A DNA stretch of 55,124 bases, counting the filler, from Sluysia triapertura (lineage: Eukaryota): assembly GCA_046118255.1 (NCBI GenBank). It is 4 parts of 4 records of this genome, joined end to end, with 100 filler letters (N's around TTAATTAATTAA, not from the genome) between each part and the next. Parts side by side here need not be neighbours in the genome. Positions count along the whole stretch, not along the records: positions 13,877 to 26,695 come from JBJNIA010080154.1; positions 26,796 to 39,646 come from JBJNIA010078049.1; 2 more parts are not named here. One strand, 5' to 3'. Under the pieces are notes generated by a model. That model searched no databases. It saw only the letters and a program-made list of their open reading frames with translations, and was not told the DNA's origin. Numbering within the stretch: position 1 is the first letter of the stretch; each line of letters opens with the position of its first letter. Both the position numbers and the translations under genes were made by a program. This document shows positions 21,961-35,578 of this stretch, piece after piece.

Positions 21961-24650
21961 TATTTTCCAAGTGACAAATTCATGATAAACAATAACTTAA
22001 TAATTAGAATAATCCGAATAATCCTTGAGCCACAGTCGCCGTGAAACACCAAATATATTTGTCGTAGTTTAGTTATTGATATCTAATTCTTTATGTTGTG
22101 TGATGAAAAAATTTTTACCTTACAATCAATAATATTTCTTCTATAAAAATTTTATTACTTAAACTTTTTAGAAAATTTTATTATTTCTTTATCGCATAAT
22201 TCATAACTTTTAAAACAAATTTTTATCTCGTAATTTTATTTTTTCGATTTATTTTACACATAGAAAAACTTATATAAACGTCTATATCATGAAGAATTTG
22301 GTCAGAATATAATTAGCTCCGATACTTTATAAATTGCATGCACATACGTCCAACGAAATTGTTTTTGAAATAATTCGCAAATAAACTAAGTGTATTTTCT
22401 TATATTACTACTGCATCTAAAAAATTTTATTAAAGTGTGTCTTAAATTGCGTTTATTTCCTTTTTCTTTAGGAATCTTTATGCGCTAAATGCTATTTATA
22501 TTTATATTTTATTTAAAAAACAAAGGAAAACTAAAATATTGTAATAGAAATTAAAATTAATAGCGTCAATTCCTGCGTCACATGATTTCCGGAGCCTCGT
22601 AATTTTGCAATCACCAGTTACCTGTTTTCCTTTGTAATTGATTGTTTTTGGGCATTTCTTGGATTGTGGCATTCTCGCCATCAAATAGGCACAATTCAGT
22701 GTTAAATTGTTTGCTTGTACTAACAATTATTCCTTTTCGGAAATGCTGCAACTGTCTGGCCAGCGAAATAAGAAGTAGATTCCGTAATAGGAAGTCTGCT
22801 GCTTCCGCGGGATGGAATTTTTCTTTAAGGCTACGTAATATTTGTAATTGAGTGATTTCGACTTTGCTGCTAATTAGGTCAATAATTTTTGTTGAATATC
22901 CTAAAAGTAAAATTAATGCACTATAAAATGTGTATGTATGTATAAAGGAGAATAAATATATGTGATAAGTAGTGATAAAAAGAAAATAATGTAAGTGGAT
23001 TGAAAAGTATATTATGATAAGTTGAATGTTTATCACAAGATAACTTAGCTCCAAGAGTGTGATTGTTCGATGAATTCGATGTAGTCAAAATGGTAGCTTT
23101 ATGTACTGCAATTGACTGAAAGCAATTTAATCAGTTTCGTAATGACTTAAAGGGAGTAGGAAATATGAAAATTTATTAAAAAGGAGCGCTTCTTGGGATT
23201 GACATGGATATAGTTATATTGTCTGATGAAAGATGTATTTATAATTATAAATGCCATTATAATTTATTATTATAAATAACATTAATTAATGCTGCTCTAG
23301 AGCCTCGTCATATATTTATTATATTTACATTCAATAGTACATCAGTTATTAGTTCAAACTGAAAATTCTTTATTCGTTGCACTTTATAACAAAACATATT
23401 TGAAGTGGCTCCAAGATTCTTGTAATTTCAGGAAGAAAATGGAGAAGGCGCGTGTCGACTATTGTCACTCTAAGAATTTTATAGAGTAATTAGTAGTCAA
23501 CGACAAACAAATTTTGATAAAAAAGATGATGCGTACGTTTTACGAGGTAGTGAATTAAACGCAACAGTAACCTAGCTACAAATTAAATCAAAACCTCATT
23601 GAAAAACAGTAATAAAAATAAAGCAAATAAAAATATGACCAGAATTATAATTAAGCACTGATTGGGTTTTATCAAGATTTTCGAATCTTAATCATATGTA
23701 TGTGGGTTTGTCTAAAGTCAAAGTCTTATAACTGAAAGTAGGCTTTTCTACAGAATTTTCTACGTCCAAGTCTCGGTAAAATTAAAAATACTTAATAATT
23801 TCTGTATAATTTTTTAAAAATAATGTAAATATTCTAAGTACAAATATGTATATAGTTGTGAGCTATGAAATTGTTAACATGGGGCTCGTTCTTTTTTCTC
23901 GAGAATCGTATGAACTATTACTCTAGCAATGTGCCACTGCGATTGTTAATTAAATGGTTTATTTTATTCAAAAAAAACAATATATTAATAAGGAATAGAA
24001 CAAACGATACAATAGAATAAATAAAGAAAAAATATGCCATTTGTAAAAATAACTACATGTACTACTACTACAAGAAAATATTTACAACTTATGCCAGAAG
24101 CTAACATACTGTATTTCCTTTCTGCTTCACGGCTTGTGATCTAGATTTATCCAGAGCCCAGCGGTGATTTTTCAAAAAAGATTTAACGTACTCCGGAACA
24201 CGTCGCGCGCTTCGTGCTTTATCGTGAAAGTAAAAGTAAAAATATAAATAGACATACTAGTTTAATGAAGGTATTATTACAATATTTGATCACGGTTTAT
24301 TGAAGAAGAAGATGTTATCGATAATTTTCTACTAACATTAATTTTGGAAACACTAACGTTCATAGTTAATTTTGATTATTTTTATTAAGATTTCTCAACA
24401 TTAACTAATAGTTTTATATAAATTACTTTTTACCTTTTTGTAAACTAAATTTTGTCAAAATCACTTTATCAACGACCTTATTCCAATTTTTATATCGAGT
24501 TTGCTTCGTTTTATTTTAAAAAGAAGAGAAATTGAACTTCAACGCACTTCCATCTGTTACACCAGAGACGAGTGAAGGATAACTCCAGTTTATTATAACA
24601 AGTGTTAGAAAACAATGACTATAAACTCAAGTTCAGTACTCTAAAGACAG

Positions 24651-24671
24651 ATAATAATAATAATGATGATG

Positions 24672-24720
<49 letters not shown>
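24651..24720. repeat. (TAA)n/(TGA)n microsatellite
   Basis: Read directly from the sequence. Confidence 0.95.
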
Positions 24721-24722
<2 letters not shown>

Positions 24723-26099
24723 GGTACACTCAACCATAAAGGTACATAAACCATATATAAGAAATAATCTAACAACAATAATAATATTATTATTATTATT
24801 TAATTTTAAATTATTAATCAATATTTTTATAACAAACTTTCTGCGTCAATACACATTTGTCTTTTAATTTAATATTAGAGCACTTAATATAATGCTTTGA
24901 CATGCGTATAACCTACTTTTTGTTGGTAAACCATGATTCTCTTGGTTATTAATCATTATTAAATGTTAGTTTAAGAAAATAAATTTGACTGTTACAGGGG
25001 AAGTAGAGAAAAAAATAAAATGCGTAAAAAAAGTAGAGAAAAAAATAAAATGCGTAATATTATAGACAAAATGGCTATCTGATAAAATTAACTGTAGAAA
25101 ATATTCATTATGGAGAAATTATTACAGAATAGAACTATTGGCTCTAATATAATATAATAATACTATATTTTTCATTGTAAGATAGGCAAAAAATTATTAG
25201 AAAAGTTGTGTTACTATTAATATAGAACTGCATTTTAGATATAGCTATTTCTGTTGAATAATGTCATTATTAAGAAAGAGATATTTAAACAAACTTTATT
25301 GTCGGTATTGTTTTTATTTAAAAATAAATAGTAGAAAAGGTTGGCCTTTATGTTTTTAGTAGATAGATTCTAGATATATTACAATAAATGTAATTTAATT
25401 TAATATTTCGAATTAACAATGCTTTGGAATATTGCAACTTTTCTTACGTTTCTAATAGTAAGACTTAGTCGGATGACTCGATGGTTAGTAAAAGACAAAT
25501 AAAATATCGTTTTAGGTTATTATCCAATTGGTAGCATTGGCAAGAGTATTATGATAGTTATGAATATATATAGGAATTTTATAAAGCGATCACATAAACA
25601 GCCACGTCAAAGCACCATGAATAAACAATTTATTATTTAATAAATGTGATGTCCATGTTTTACGTATGTACAAGAATTATTTTAAATTTATTATATGCAA
25701 AATAAATTACCAACTTTTGCAGTTGGTAGTAAAAATGCTAACAGATATTACTAAAGTTTTGTTTGAATTATCAAATGGCACATTTTAAAAAATTCAAAAT
25801 TTTACATAGAAGCATTTTAGCATGTTAGGTTCATGATGTGACACATTGATTTTTTGATTGATTAATATCGGTTTTACTTTAGTAACTTAATTGTAATATT
25901 TTTAGTATTTAATTATCTGTACTAATATATGTATGTATCGAATACTAAAGTTCGTGATCGTGGTGTTGGCTTTCATATGTTTTCGAGGACTTTAATAAAA
26001 TTGATCATGATTTTCGTAAAAATTATGTTGATTTAAATTACGCACGAAATCATGGAAAACCAAACCCGAATGTTCGTAGGTTGTCACATGATAAGTCTC

Positions 26100-26640
26100 G
26101 GTCTCATCGAAATTATCGTAAATTTAAAACTACTGCTACATTTGCTGTCAAAGTTTGATTACCAAAAGAAATTGAAATATTTCATGATAAGTCGATCGTT
26201 TCTAAAACTGGTGTGAAATTAGTATGTTATAATGATAAAATATTAACTAGTTATGTTTTCACTAAATTCACTAATGATTACGATGTGTGCAAAATGTCAT
26301 AATAGTCAAAAAATGTACTCTAGGAGAATTTGAATCAGTAACAGAATCAGTAAATTTGAAGTCGTATTCACTATTAATGATAGGTCGTCACATTGAAATT
26401 TATAGTGTTGCATCAGATATTTCTGTGACGAAATTTGAAAACATTAAGGTATTATTTATTGTTAAAAATTTTATCTTTCAATGATTCAAGATGAATAATT
26501 ATAAAATTGGTATATTGGCAAATTTATTGACAAATTTTGCAAAGCCTTTAGAGTTAGTGAGGCCACATATTACTGTTCATTGTTATGTAGAGGAATTAAA
26601 GAATGCAATAACATGTGCTAGATCAGTGATTCTCAGCCTT
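26100..26640 (+). mobile_element. Possible highly decayed LTR-retrotransposon protease region
   Basis: RKFKTTATFAVKV*LPKE...SKTGVKLVCYNDKIL...LLMIGR loosely follows the gypsy protease layout (VKFKLDTGA.V.VLP; T.VKL..YNG; LLGR). The catalytic DTG is not present. Confidence 0.25.
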
Positions 26641-26695
26641 TTTTTGTTGCGGCACTATTTTAAAGATTTCAAAATTTGGCGGCACAGTTTAAAAA

Positions 26696-26795
26696 NNNNN
26701 NNNNNNNNNNNNNNNNNNNNNNNNNNNNNNNNNNNNNNNTTAATTAATTAANNNNNNNNNNNNNNNNNNNNNNNNNNNNNNNNNNNNNNNNNNNN
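26696..26795. other. Assembly gap with artificial linker
   Basis: N44-TTAATTAATTAA-N44. Confidence 0.95.

Positions 26796-26866
<71 letters not shown>
26796..26866. repeat. (TTA)n microsatellite
   Basis: Read directly from the sequence; abuts the gap. Confidence 0.95.
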
Positions 26867-26867
<1 letters not shown>

Positions 26868-29800
26868 GATTATGATTAATAAATACAAATACGGCCAGAG
26901 TTGGAGTATAGAATGAAAAGAACTATTGTCAAGTGCGAATCTCCAATCACATGTAATAATAACAGTAGCAGAAGTAATAATAATAATAATAATGTAAATT
27001 AAATTAAAAATAAATTAAAATAAATATTTAAATTAAAAATAAAATTATTTTAAAGTAAAATTAAAATCATTTTTCATTAATATTATAATGATTTTTATCA
27101 ATTTAAAATGAGATTTAATAGAGTTAATATAAATTCAAAATTTAACAATTAGTTTTAGAGTGAAATAAAATCATCTTAAAATGAGATTCTATAAAGACAA
27201 TATAACATTAAATTTTAAGTACATAAAATTATTATAATGAGTTAAAATTATATTACATTGATATTGAATAAAACTAGTATATAATTAAAAATTAGTAACA
27301 TTATTCTCGATAAAAATTAACCTAAATTAAAGATTGAGTAGAACAGAAAGAATAGTATATTAAAAGCACTATAATCGAGAAAATTCATATTAAAATAAAA
27401 TTGAATATAGATAATATACAAACAAAATTCAATAACTTCGAGCAAAAAACAGTATTATTATTTTTTTTGCTTATAATTATTAGTCATATAGTTATTATTA
27501 ACGTAGCATTCGATATAACTGTGTATCAATTAAGTTAGTAGTTTAATTTATGTATGTATAAATCATAGAATTCTGTACAGATTTTTTAATCTGTGTAAAA
27601 ATTTTTACACAAAAAATCGATTAATAGAATTTTTAAATTTAAATTTCTAATGGAATTTATTGATCATGAACGAAATTAAAAATTTAGATATAAATACACC
27701 GGCGGATTTTAATAACACACACAACAATATTACAACACATGAATAAAATCATAAAACAAAAGATTAAACTTCGGCAACACTTGAACATTAATCATATTGC
27801 TTCATCTTTTATATTCGGATCGTGATTATTTCGTGGGGATTGCACAAACTGCACTCATTCTGTTTCATATTTCGTGGAGACCGTACAAACTGTGTTGATT
27901 TTAGAAGTCTAATGAATATTGATGAAAAATTCAGTATAGTTATTGTTTTAATTGCTCGAAGTTAATAATTTTTTAAGTTCGTCTGTTACCATAAAAATTT
28001 ATAAGATAATTAAATTTGATACTATTTGTAAAAGTATACACATTTTATTAACGAATTTTATCTTCGTTTGTAGTCATTAAAGTGTATAAGACAATTAATT
28101 TTTGTATCATTTGCAAAATTATACACATTTTATTAATAATTTTTGTTCATAGAAAATTTATTTGAGTCTTATTTCTTAATTGATTAATGAAGAAGGATCA
28201 CCGAAAGTAAAGTAAACGTATATACAAATATCATAATTAAAATAAAGTTAGCATAAACTACAGGTGAACCCGAGCCCTTTATACTAAGTTAGACAAAGCT
28301 TGATTCAAGAAATAACATAAGAAATTACTGCGTTTCCATTCCAGGTTATCGGAATGTGTCCGAACTCACGCTTTCACATAAAGACTGTTTACAAAGTAAG
28401 AAGGGAAATAATTGGTAAAATAAGATGATCATTAAGAGACTTTGAACTATTGCTAACAAGTGATAATTTGTATAATTGAAGTAGAAAATCGAGAATACAT
28501 AGTGATAAAGTTGAGAATTTGTTCAACATTTTCTTAAGTTCGTATCAAAGAGTTTATTTGTTGATTAGGATTCAAGAAAAGTGAATATATTGCAAAAAGA
28601 TTGAAGATAACAGTAAGAGTTTATAAGGATTATAATTACACATAAAATACGTAAATTACAAGTATATATAAATTTGCTAGTATTATTAAGTGTTTGAAAG
28701 TATTTAAGCTTGGCAAAGTGTTATAAAGTTATTATTATTATTATTTTACGGCATAAAAAACTTTATGGTAATAATACTATTATTCTTTATTTTAAATTTA
28801 TAGTTTTAGGAATTGCAATTTTAAGTAATTTTATGATTCCATGATTCAAGCTCAAAAAATAATATAAATACAAAAAAATACTAATATTCTCAAAAATTTC
28901 TTAGAAAACTAATAATTTTTGAAATGATACATTCGGGAACAAACACTAGGGAGAAAATTGGCTGAAATAATATTTCATACCTCGAATTCACATTTTGAAG
29001 GAAGAAATATCGAGACATTTAATATTGGAAATTCCTTTTATTACATTTTGTTTAAATTTGTAAGTTTTATTACATTTACGATTTCGCCTAAGATAAATTT
29101 ATACATACAATTTAACTTAAACTATTAATACTATATGCTGATTTAAGTTAGTAACATGTTATTTTTAAATTCAGAATTTTTGAATATTAAAATTAATAAA
29201 ACCCTTTATTATTTTATTATTAGTCTCAGTTAATATTTGTAGAATTCTGTAACTAAAGAATTTTGTTAATTTTGGACTAATAAAAGTTTCCTTAAATTTA
29301 TTTTTGTACTTCATTTCAATAAAGTTACGATTACCTTACAACATTTGAAATAGTTAATAAAGACCATAAACAAAATAGCATATTAATAATTGTATAATAA
29401 TAATTATTATTATTATTGATAATTGTTGAAATTAAAAGTAATATATTTGCTGAAATATTAGCTTTAAAATTATTTTTTATTAAAAATTTTTTATTACATA
29501 AAAATTTAATAATTTTATTTTATAAAAAATTAATTCTTTCTTTATTACCATTTGGATTTGTTTTAATTAATCATTTTTCGCTTTGTTGCTTTATCTTATG
29601 GATTTTATGTAAATACTCAACAAAGAAAGGAAGTCACAAGTAAAATTAATTTCTAAAATTTCAATTACAGGAAATAGTTTCTTTTAATTACTTTTCACAA
29701 CAAGAGGCAGTTCTTCAGTTACTTCTTTCATCAAGACACAGTTCTATTTTAGTCGCAGCTAAGAAGATCCATGTTGAATCCGTAAGATTATTTCTTAAAG

Positions 29801-30180
29801 TTTATAAATCCCTTTTTTAAAAAAGGGAATAAAATCACACTTATAATCTCACATTTCTTGAAGATTATTTTTAAAGGTAACCTTGCACTTCATATTAAGA
29901 ATAATCTTAATATTAATAATCTTTTATTATAAATATCAGTAAGTCTTGATACGTCCACAAAGCAAGTTGTATAATTACTCTGTTTATATTCTATCTAAGT
30001 TGTTAATGATTTTGATAAGTTATATTTAAAAATAAGTTATAAAAAAACCTAGCAAGCCGTCTTTTAGTAATAAATATAAATAGTTCTTCCTAGGTGAATA
30101 AACCCCCAGCCAGATTAAGCATTTTGTAAGTGTAAGGTTAAGTCTAAATTAAGTTTAATAAAGAAAACACTTGAAAAATT

Positions 30181-30198
30181 TGGCGCTCGAATTGGGAC
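30181..30198 (+). promoter_or_regulatory. Primer-binding site, tRNA-Lys-like
   Basis: TGGCGCTCGAATTGGGAC matches the tRNA-Lys(UUU) PBS TGGCGCCCGAACAGGGAC at 15 of 18 positions. Confidence 0.8.
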
Positions 30199-30442
30199 GA
30201 CGTTAAGCATTAAGATATAGTTTAAAATTATTTGTTTAAGATTATTTTAAGTTATTTCAATTATTTAAATAAGCTTCAAAGTGAGTACTTGTATATTGAT
30301 AAGTCTTTTAAATAGACATTTCTGTAATTACATAAGCTATAAAGGCTGTAAGTTAGAATTAAGTCAATATATTATAAGTTTTAAGAATAGCTAATAAAGA
30401 GACAAGAGAATTTTAAGAAATGACTCGTTAAAAAATATTAGA

Positions 30443-30930
30443 ATGGCGATAGTAATAGATGATTTTAGAAACTGACTCAATTAATCCATACTATTAAGCC
30501 TACAGTTAGTTCTGTAAATACGCGAATTTAGTGGCGGGAAGAGGATTTATGTGACATCATGGCTGAAGCCAAAGGCTGGACCGAAATTGAAAAAATTAAG
30601 AATCAAAATTACTTAACAGGAATAGCTATTCAAACATAAGAAAAATGGCATTGTTCATAAGCAAGATTGGAACACTTTCATTAATACTTTTGCAGAAGAA
30701 ATAGCGCCAGATGTCAGGGATAAATATTGCATAAAATTGTTAAATATAAAACAAAAATATAATGAAAGAGTATACGAATTCGCCAGCGAACAAGAGCAAA
30801 ATCCCTAATGATAAGAAAGAAGCAACTATAATAGTGGTTCGCGTCCCCAATTCCGAATTTATGTAAGTTTAATTGATAATCAACCATTTAAGGAAATAGT
30901 TTAACAAAATAAGGAGCATTGAAAACCCTG
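30443..30930 (+). pseudogene. gag: Decayed gag, paralogue of 2983-3890
   Basis: gaagaggattt, gaagccaaaggctggaccgaaattgaaaaaattaag (EAKGWTEIEKIK), gctattcaaac, gatgataagaaagaa-like and tttaaggaaatagt blocks are colinear with the first gag. Many frameshifts. Confidence 0.8.
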
Positions 30931-31321
30931 TAAAGAAAAAGATAATAATAATTTTAAGGTTTAATTCATGAAATGAATCTCCTAAATATAAGTAAAGGAA
31001 CTCACTAGAAAATAACAGTTTTAATCCCAAAAGGAACAGCTGAAAAAAATGAGGATTCGAGATAAGTTATTCGAGTAGTGTTGGTTTACGAAGTCATAGA
31101 CTAACTTATTCGGTACCTCAAAAATCCCAGAAATAACATTTGAGAATTAGAACATCTATAGTCTTAAAAATATTATATATACACACTTTTTATACAAATT
31201 AAGTGAAGTGGGATTCAGGCAAACTAATGATGTAGTAAAACAAAAATTTGAATGATAAAGTCAAAAAATCTAGAAAAAATTGAAACAAATTTAAAGTAAT
31301 TTTTTTGTATATAAGGTTCTT

Positions 31322-31737
31322 AATATCACCTTATTAGGGATATTTAAAATCACACTCAAATTAAAGTAACCATTTTCTATCAACACCTTAATCTAAAAAG
31401 GGTTGAGTAATTTTTAATTTTAAATTCAAATTATATAATCAACCACCGCGTTGAATTATTAACTTGCATATTATTACTATACACATTCGCTTGTAAGAAT
31501 TTAGTATTTTTGGTACAGAATAGAATTTTAGAGAGCTACACAGTTTTTGGTTTTTCAATAATATAAACAAGATAATAGAGTCATAGAAAATAAAATATGA
31601 AATTATTTTCGCTTAACAACACCTTAATCTAAAGAAGGGTTGTGTAAAATCATAAAATTACATTTTTCATACAATATCTCATTAAGGGAGTTGTGTAATC
31701 TATTTTTATTCAACACCTTAATAAAAGGGTTGTGAAA
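31322..31737 (+). repeat. Array of about five imperfect hairpin repeats CAACACCTTAAT-n-AAGGGTTGTG
   Basis: Copies at 31322, 31381, 31617, 31671 and 31711. Confidence 0.7.
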
Positions 31738-33380
31738 CATAACTAACTTCTAACGACTTAGATAGTCGAGTTAAGTTTTATTTGGTTGTACTGTAAGATA
31801 TTTAAATTAAGTAAACACCAAGTGTAGTAATTCGAACCAGTCGATTTATTTGGACTTTAAGTTAAGATTTAAAATTTCAAAACCTAACAATACGTCTCCA
31901 AGTTTGGTATAAAGCGTATATATTAAGCGGACCGACCTATCGGATAATTTGTTAGGGGCTTGTGTAAGAACATTTACAATCTATACAGTAAATTAAACTT
32001 TTAAAAATCAAGGTTTAAATTTAACGTTTAATAACTTTATAACATTTTTTTACAGTATTTTCGATTTTAAGCCAATATATATTGCAATTTATATAATTTA
32101 GACAGGAAACTTATTCTAAAAAGGCAAAAACTCGAAATGAAATTTTTATTATACTTTTTATATTGCTCCATTTCATAATATTTAACAATAATTCGATCGC
32201 ATATATATTAGTTAGATAATTGCTGAGGATAAAAATTGGGATGTAGAAATACTTTGTGTATAATAATCTAACCAGTCTTTATTGTGTCCGAAGAACATGA
32301 CAAAATCAAAATTTAATTTGAGTATTATATTAATGTTGACTGTTCAAACAATATATATCAACTTAAATAAATATATTTTATACAATAATTTAAAATACAT
32401 TATACGTCAAAAGTACGTTTTACACGTAGATTTCAATAACTTGTCTGATTTGGCGTCTTAGTAAGGATTAATTTGATAACATAAATTTAACTTTGCTTTA
32501 TATAAAATAAATAATAAACGTCTGTCGTAACATTTCAACAGTATACTTATTTCATATTATTTTTTCATCTAAAGACATCGCACATAAAATTAAATCAAAA
32601 CAATTAATAAATATACTTTTATGGTATCATGTATAAGACCTTATAGATTGATTTCTCTTCATAACTTCCTTTCTATTTATTTTAATTTAAATTTAACTAA
32701 TTTAAACAAATATCCACCCATTAACCCTTAAATGCCCACACGAAGTCCTTAACTTAATGATAAATATGCATGTCTCCAAAGAGAAATGAATTTAGATACA
32801 TAATTTGCCGCAATTTTCAATGCACTTCACATGTAAACTTTTCGCCATTTTTTCACTCACACATAGGCCCATATTTGACTAAACCCAGGAATACTAAACA
32901 CACAGAAAATGCAATCTTAAAAAGCCGGTTTCGATTTAAATTACAAGGACTTACAGATGAAAATCTACCAGGTATTGATCAAAAATTAAATTATCAGTCA
33001 ATTAAGAATTTAGTTATTACCGTTATTCCCTTGCTTTTCCAATAATCCTGAACTTCATAATCTAACACTCTAGATAAGCCATTTGGCCATCTTTGAGATC
33101 GGACTAAAATAGCAAATATTTTAACTATAAACATTATTATTTATTAAGCTTTTGGATCAGGTTTTCTAATGAAACATGTTTTGTCCAAAGAATGAAAACA
33201 AAACCAATTAAGTAGTGAATATAAATAATATCGACGAAAAAGGTATTATCTTTTACAAAAATTACGTAAAATTATCAGAAAAACAATTATAATAAATTAA
33301 TATATTTAAACGACGTATTTGTTCCACTATTACTTATATGAATCAGTAAATACCAGGGAATAAAGAAAGGGCATATAATT

Positions 33381-33490
33381 TTACATATGTGGCAAGCCAC
33401 ACATTTGACAGCTTGATGTTGAATAATCATTGTGAAAAGTACAATGTGGACAACTCCAAATATCTGAATCTTCTACATGTTCGCTTGTAA
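33381..33490 (-). CDS. Terminal exon encoding a C-terminal NZF/RanBP2-type zinc finger, NPL4-like
   Basis: tttag acceptor followed by TSEHVEDSDIWSCPHCTFHNDYSTSSCQMCGLPHM*. This is W-x-C-x2-CTF-x-N-x6-C-x2-C, closest by eye to the NPL4 tail (W.C.HCTF.N......C.MC.LP). Upstream exons were not found. Confidence 0.75.
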
Positions 33491-33769
33491 CTAAATTGAA
33501 AAATAAAATTTATTCAAATATTTTACTTTTTTGATGAAAATATAAATAAGAATTACAGTTTACAAAAAGTAAAGCTGAGCAACCCATAAATATTGTTTAA
33601 AAATAAAACCATTTTAAATAAAATTATATTGTACTTTACAACACCTAAACATCCATGGGCATCCCCTTAACATTAAATGTGAAAATAATAAGCGTTAGAA
33701 TAGCAGCACCTGAAATACTTTGGTCATGTGGAGTAAATAAAATGTATTTAGCCAATTCCGATTCATTAA

Positions 33770-34085
33770 CCCCTTAACTCGCACACTCGAATTAAACCTG
33801 CAGAAATGAGCACACCCGAGTTAATTCGAGCGTCAACACTTTTCGTATTACTATAATAATCACACTCGTTTAACCCCTTAACGTTCAATTTTTTTTGTAA
33901 ATATCACACTAAAATATAGTTTAGTAAATAATGCAGCAATAAAAAAATAAGTTTTTTGGACGTTTTTTTGAAAAAAAATTGAACTTTAAGGGGTTAATGT
34001 TATAAATTGAAGTTAATATTCGACACTATAGCTTGGTATAAAATGGTTGGTCAATAAAGTTATTTGAAGATATTGTGTCAAGGGT
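33770..34085. mobile_element. piggyBac-type non-autonomous element (outer; right end uncertain)
   Basis: TTAA|CCCCTTAACTCGCACACTCGA shares its start with 37623 (CCACTTTACGTGCACACTCGA). Possible right end tgtgtcaaggg at ~34085. Confidence 0.45.
33874..33993. mobile_element. 120-bp piggyBac-type MITE
   Basis: TTAA|CCCCTTAACGTTCAATTTTTTTT ... AAAAAAAATTGAACTTTAAGGGG|TTAA: 23-bp TIR with one mismatch and a TTAA target duplication. Confidence 0.9.
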
Positions 34086-35169
34086 TTACAAATGAAGTCA
34101 TTTGTCAGCTTTGCATCTAAAATTAAATAACAATTAAAAATAAATAACAATTATATTAATAATAAAAATTAATTTAATAATGAACGTTGAATTAATAATT
34201 AAAATTAATTCAATTATAAAATTAAAATTAATAATAAAAATTATGGAAATTGCGAAATTAATAATTGAAAAGTAAATTAATAATATTTATTATTATTATA
34301 AAATAAATAATAATTGTTAATAATAATTAGTGATAATAATAATAATAATAATTGTAATAAAGATGATAAACAGGTAAATCGTATGAGATGAATCGTTTAT
34401 GTTCCATGTTTTTTGGTATCACATGATAAAGGCTATGGAAACCTTAAAATATGTTGTAAGATATAAAGTTGATAAAAGTAGATTTGTTAATTAAAGTGAT
34501 ATTTTTGGAAAAGCTACATATTGACTGAAAGATGTTTAAATATAACATTAATAAAAAATTGAAGTATTGCGAAAATAATAATTGAAGAAAAAACGAAAAA
34601 TAATTAATTGTAGATTCGAGATATATATATTACAGCTTCCTTTTAAATTAATTATATCGATTTAATTTTGGGGTACATTACAGTCTTGGTTGATCACCAT
34701 TGGTCAATTTTCTTGTGTGTTTAACATTTGTGTTGATGCTGACCTTTAACGATTATTAGATTTAAAATTTAACATTTATTTGGAATATTTAAGTTTTATT
34801 CATGATAGCTGATATTTGTAATAATTAATAAGTTATATTATTTGTGATATAGAAAGTACATTTGAAATTAAAATTTATATTGATTTTCTGAGTTTTGAAT
34901 TTAAAGTTATTAAAGAGTTAAATTAAATTATTTAAAAAAGTCAATAAATGCTTTAATAAAATTTAATTGTCTTTATAATCAGTCATATAAATTGGGTCAA
35001 TGTTTATAGAATCAACGCACTTCATATGTTACTTAAAGATACTAACTAAATATTGACCAATGAAATCATTTAAAAGTATAATTACCTGATAAATATAATA
35101 AAAATAAATTTCTAAATTTATAATGTTAATTATATTTCAACATAATATAATATTGATTAGCAGAAATTG

Positions 35170-35578
35170 AAAATGTGACGTGCCCATGATCCAAGCTTTT
35201 GAACTTTTCCCATTTTCTTGAAATGTGGAGAAATAATGACTTGCCCAAGTGCTCGTGTTGATTGGCGTGGATCATCAAGAATGGGCCTAACCAAGGTCCA
35301 TCGTTTAAATCAAAATTTCCACCGTTAAATTTCTAAAACCACTTTTGTGGTGTTCGTTCACTGATTGCCCTTTCTCCATAAACTTAACAAATCATTCCGG
35401 CAGCTTCTGCAGCGTTTAAATGTTGATTAAAATAGAAAAGGATTAGATGCCGGAAATGTTCATTTTTATCTACCTGACACTTCATTTTAAAAAGGTAATG
35501 AAAGAGAAAGTTAGTCTAAAATGATTTAAATAGATAATTCAGCTGAACAAAAACCCACGAATTTATACACCAACCTAA
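35170..35578 (-). mobile_element. mariner remnant: left TIR and N-terminal transposase pseudogene (ATG at 35485)
   Basis: TA|TTAGGTTGGTGTATAAATTCGTGGGTTTT is a mariner-type TIR. MKCQVDKNEHFRHLILFYFNQHLNAAEAAGMIC*VYGERAISERTPQKWF*KFNGGNFDLND...DDPRQSTRAL...KMGKVQKLGSW is the mariner double-HTH region up to the WVPH motif. Confidence 0.92.

Larger units (their letters stand above)
29391..31970 (+). mobile_element. Second, internally deleted gypsy-type element: LTR-like 29391-~30177, PBS, decayed gag, hairpin-rich 3' region
   Basis: The LTR-like end (aagaaaacac..) resembles the end of LTR 1479-2758 and is followed by a PBS and a gag homologue. PPT-like aggggcttg|tgtaa at ~31954-31968. Outer boundaries are approximate. 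Confidence 0.6.

Noticed and set aside
23680-23730. HMYVGLSKVK resembling the PIF1/Helitron helicase motif YVALSRV
   Set aside because: The preceding HKSQG motif and other helicase motifs were not found.
24633-24821. Poly-Tyr ORF, and similar poly-Asn ORFs such as 6285-6521
   Set aside because: These are translations of (TAA)n/(AAT)n microsatellites.
31322-31737. CRISPR-like array of palindromic repeats
   Set aside because: Eukaryotic context, irregular spacing, degenerate repeats and no cas genes.
4761-33490. Functional cluster of ubiquitin/SUMO genes (UBL, RING, SP-RING, NZF)
   Set aside because: They lie on different contigs separated by gaps and belong to large families, so co-location is plausibly chance.
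34682-34744. Candidate penultimate exon for the NZF gene
   Set aside because: The frame needed to join the phase-1 NZF exon contains a stop.
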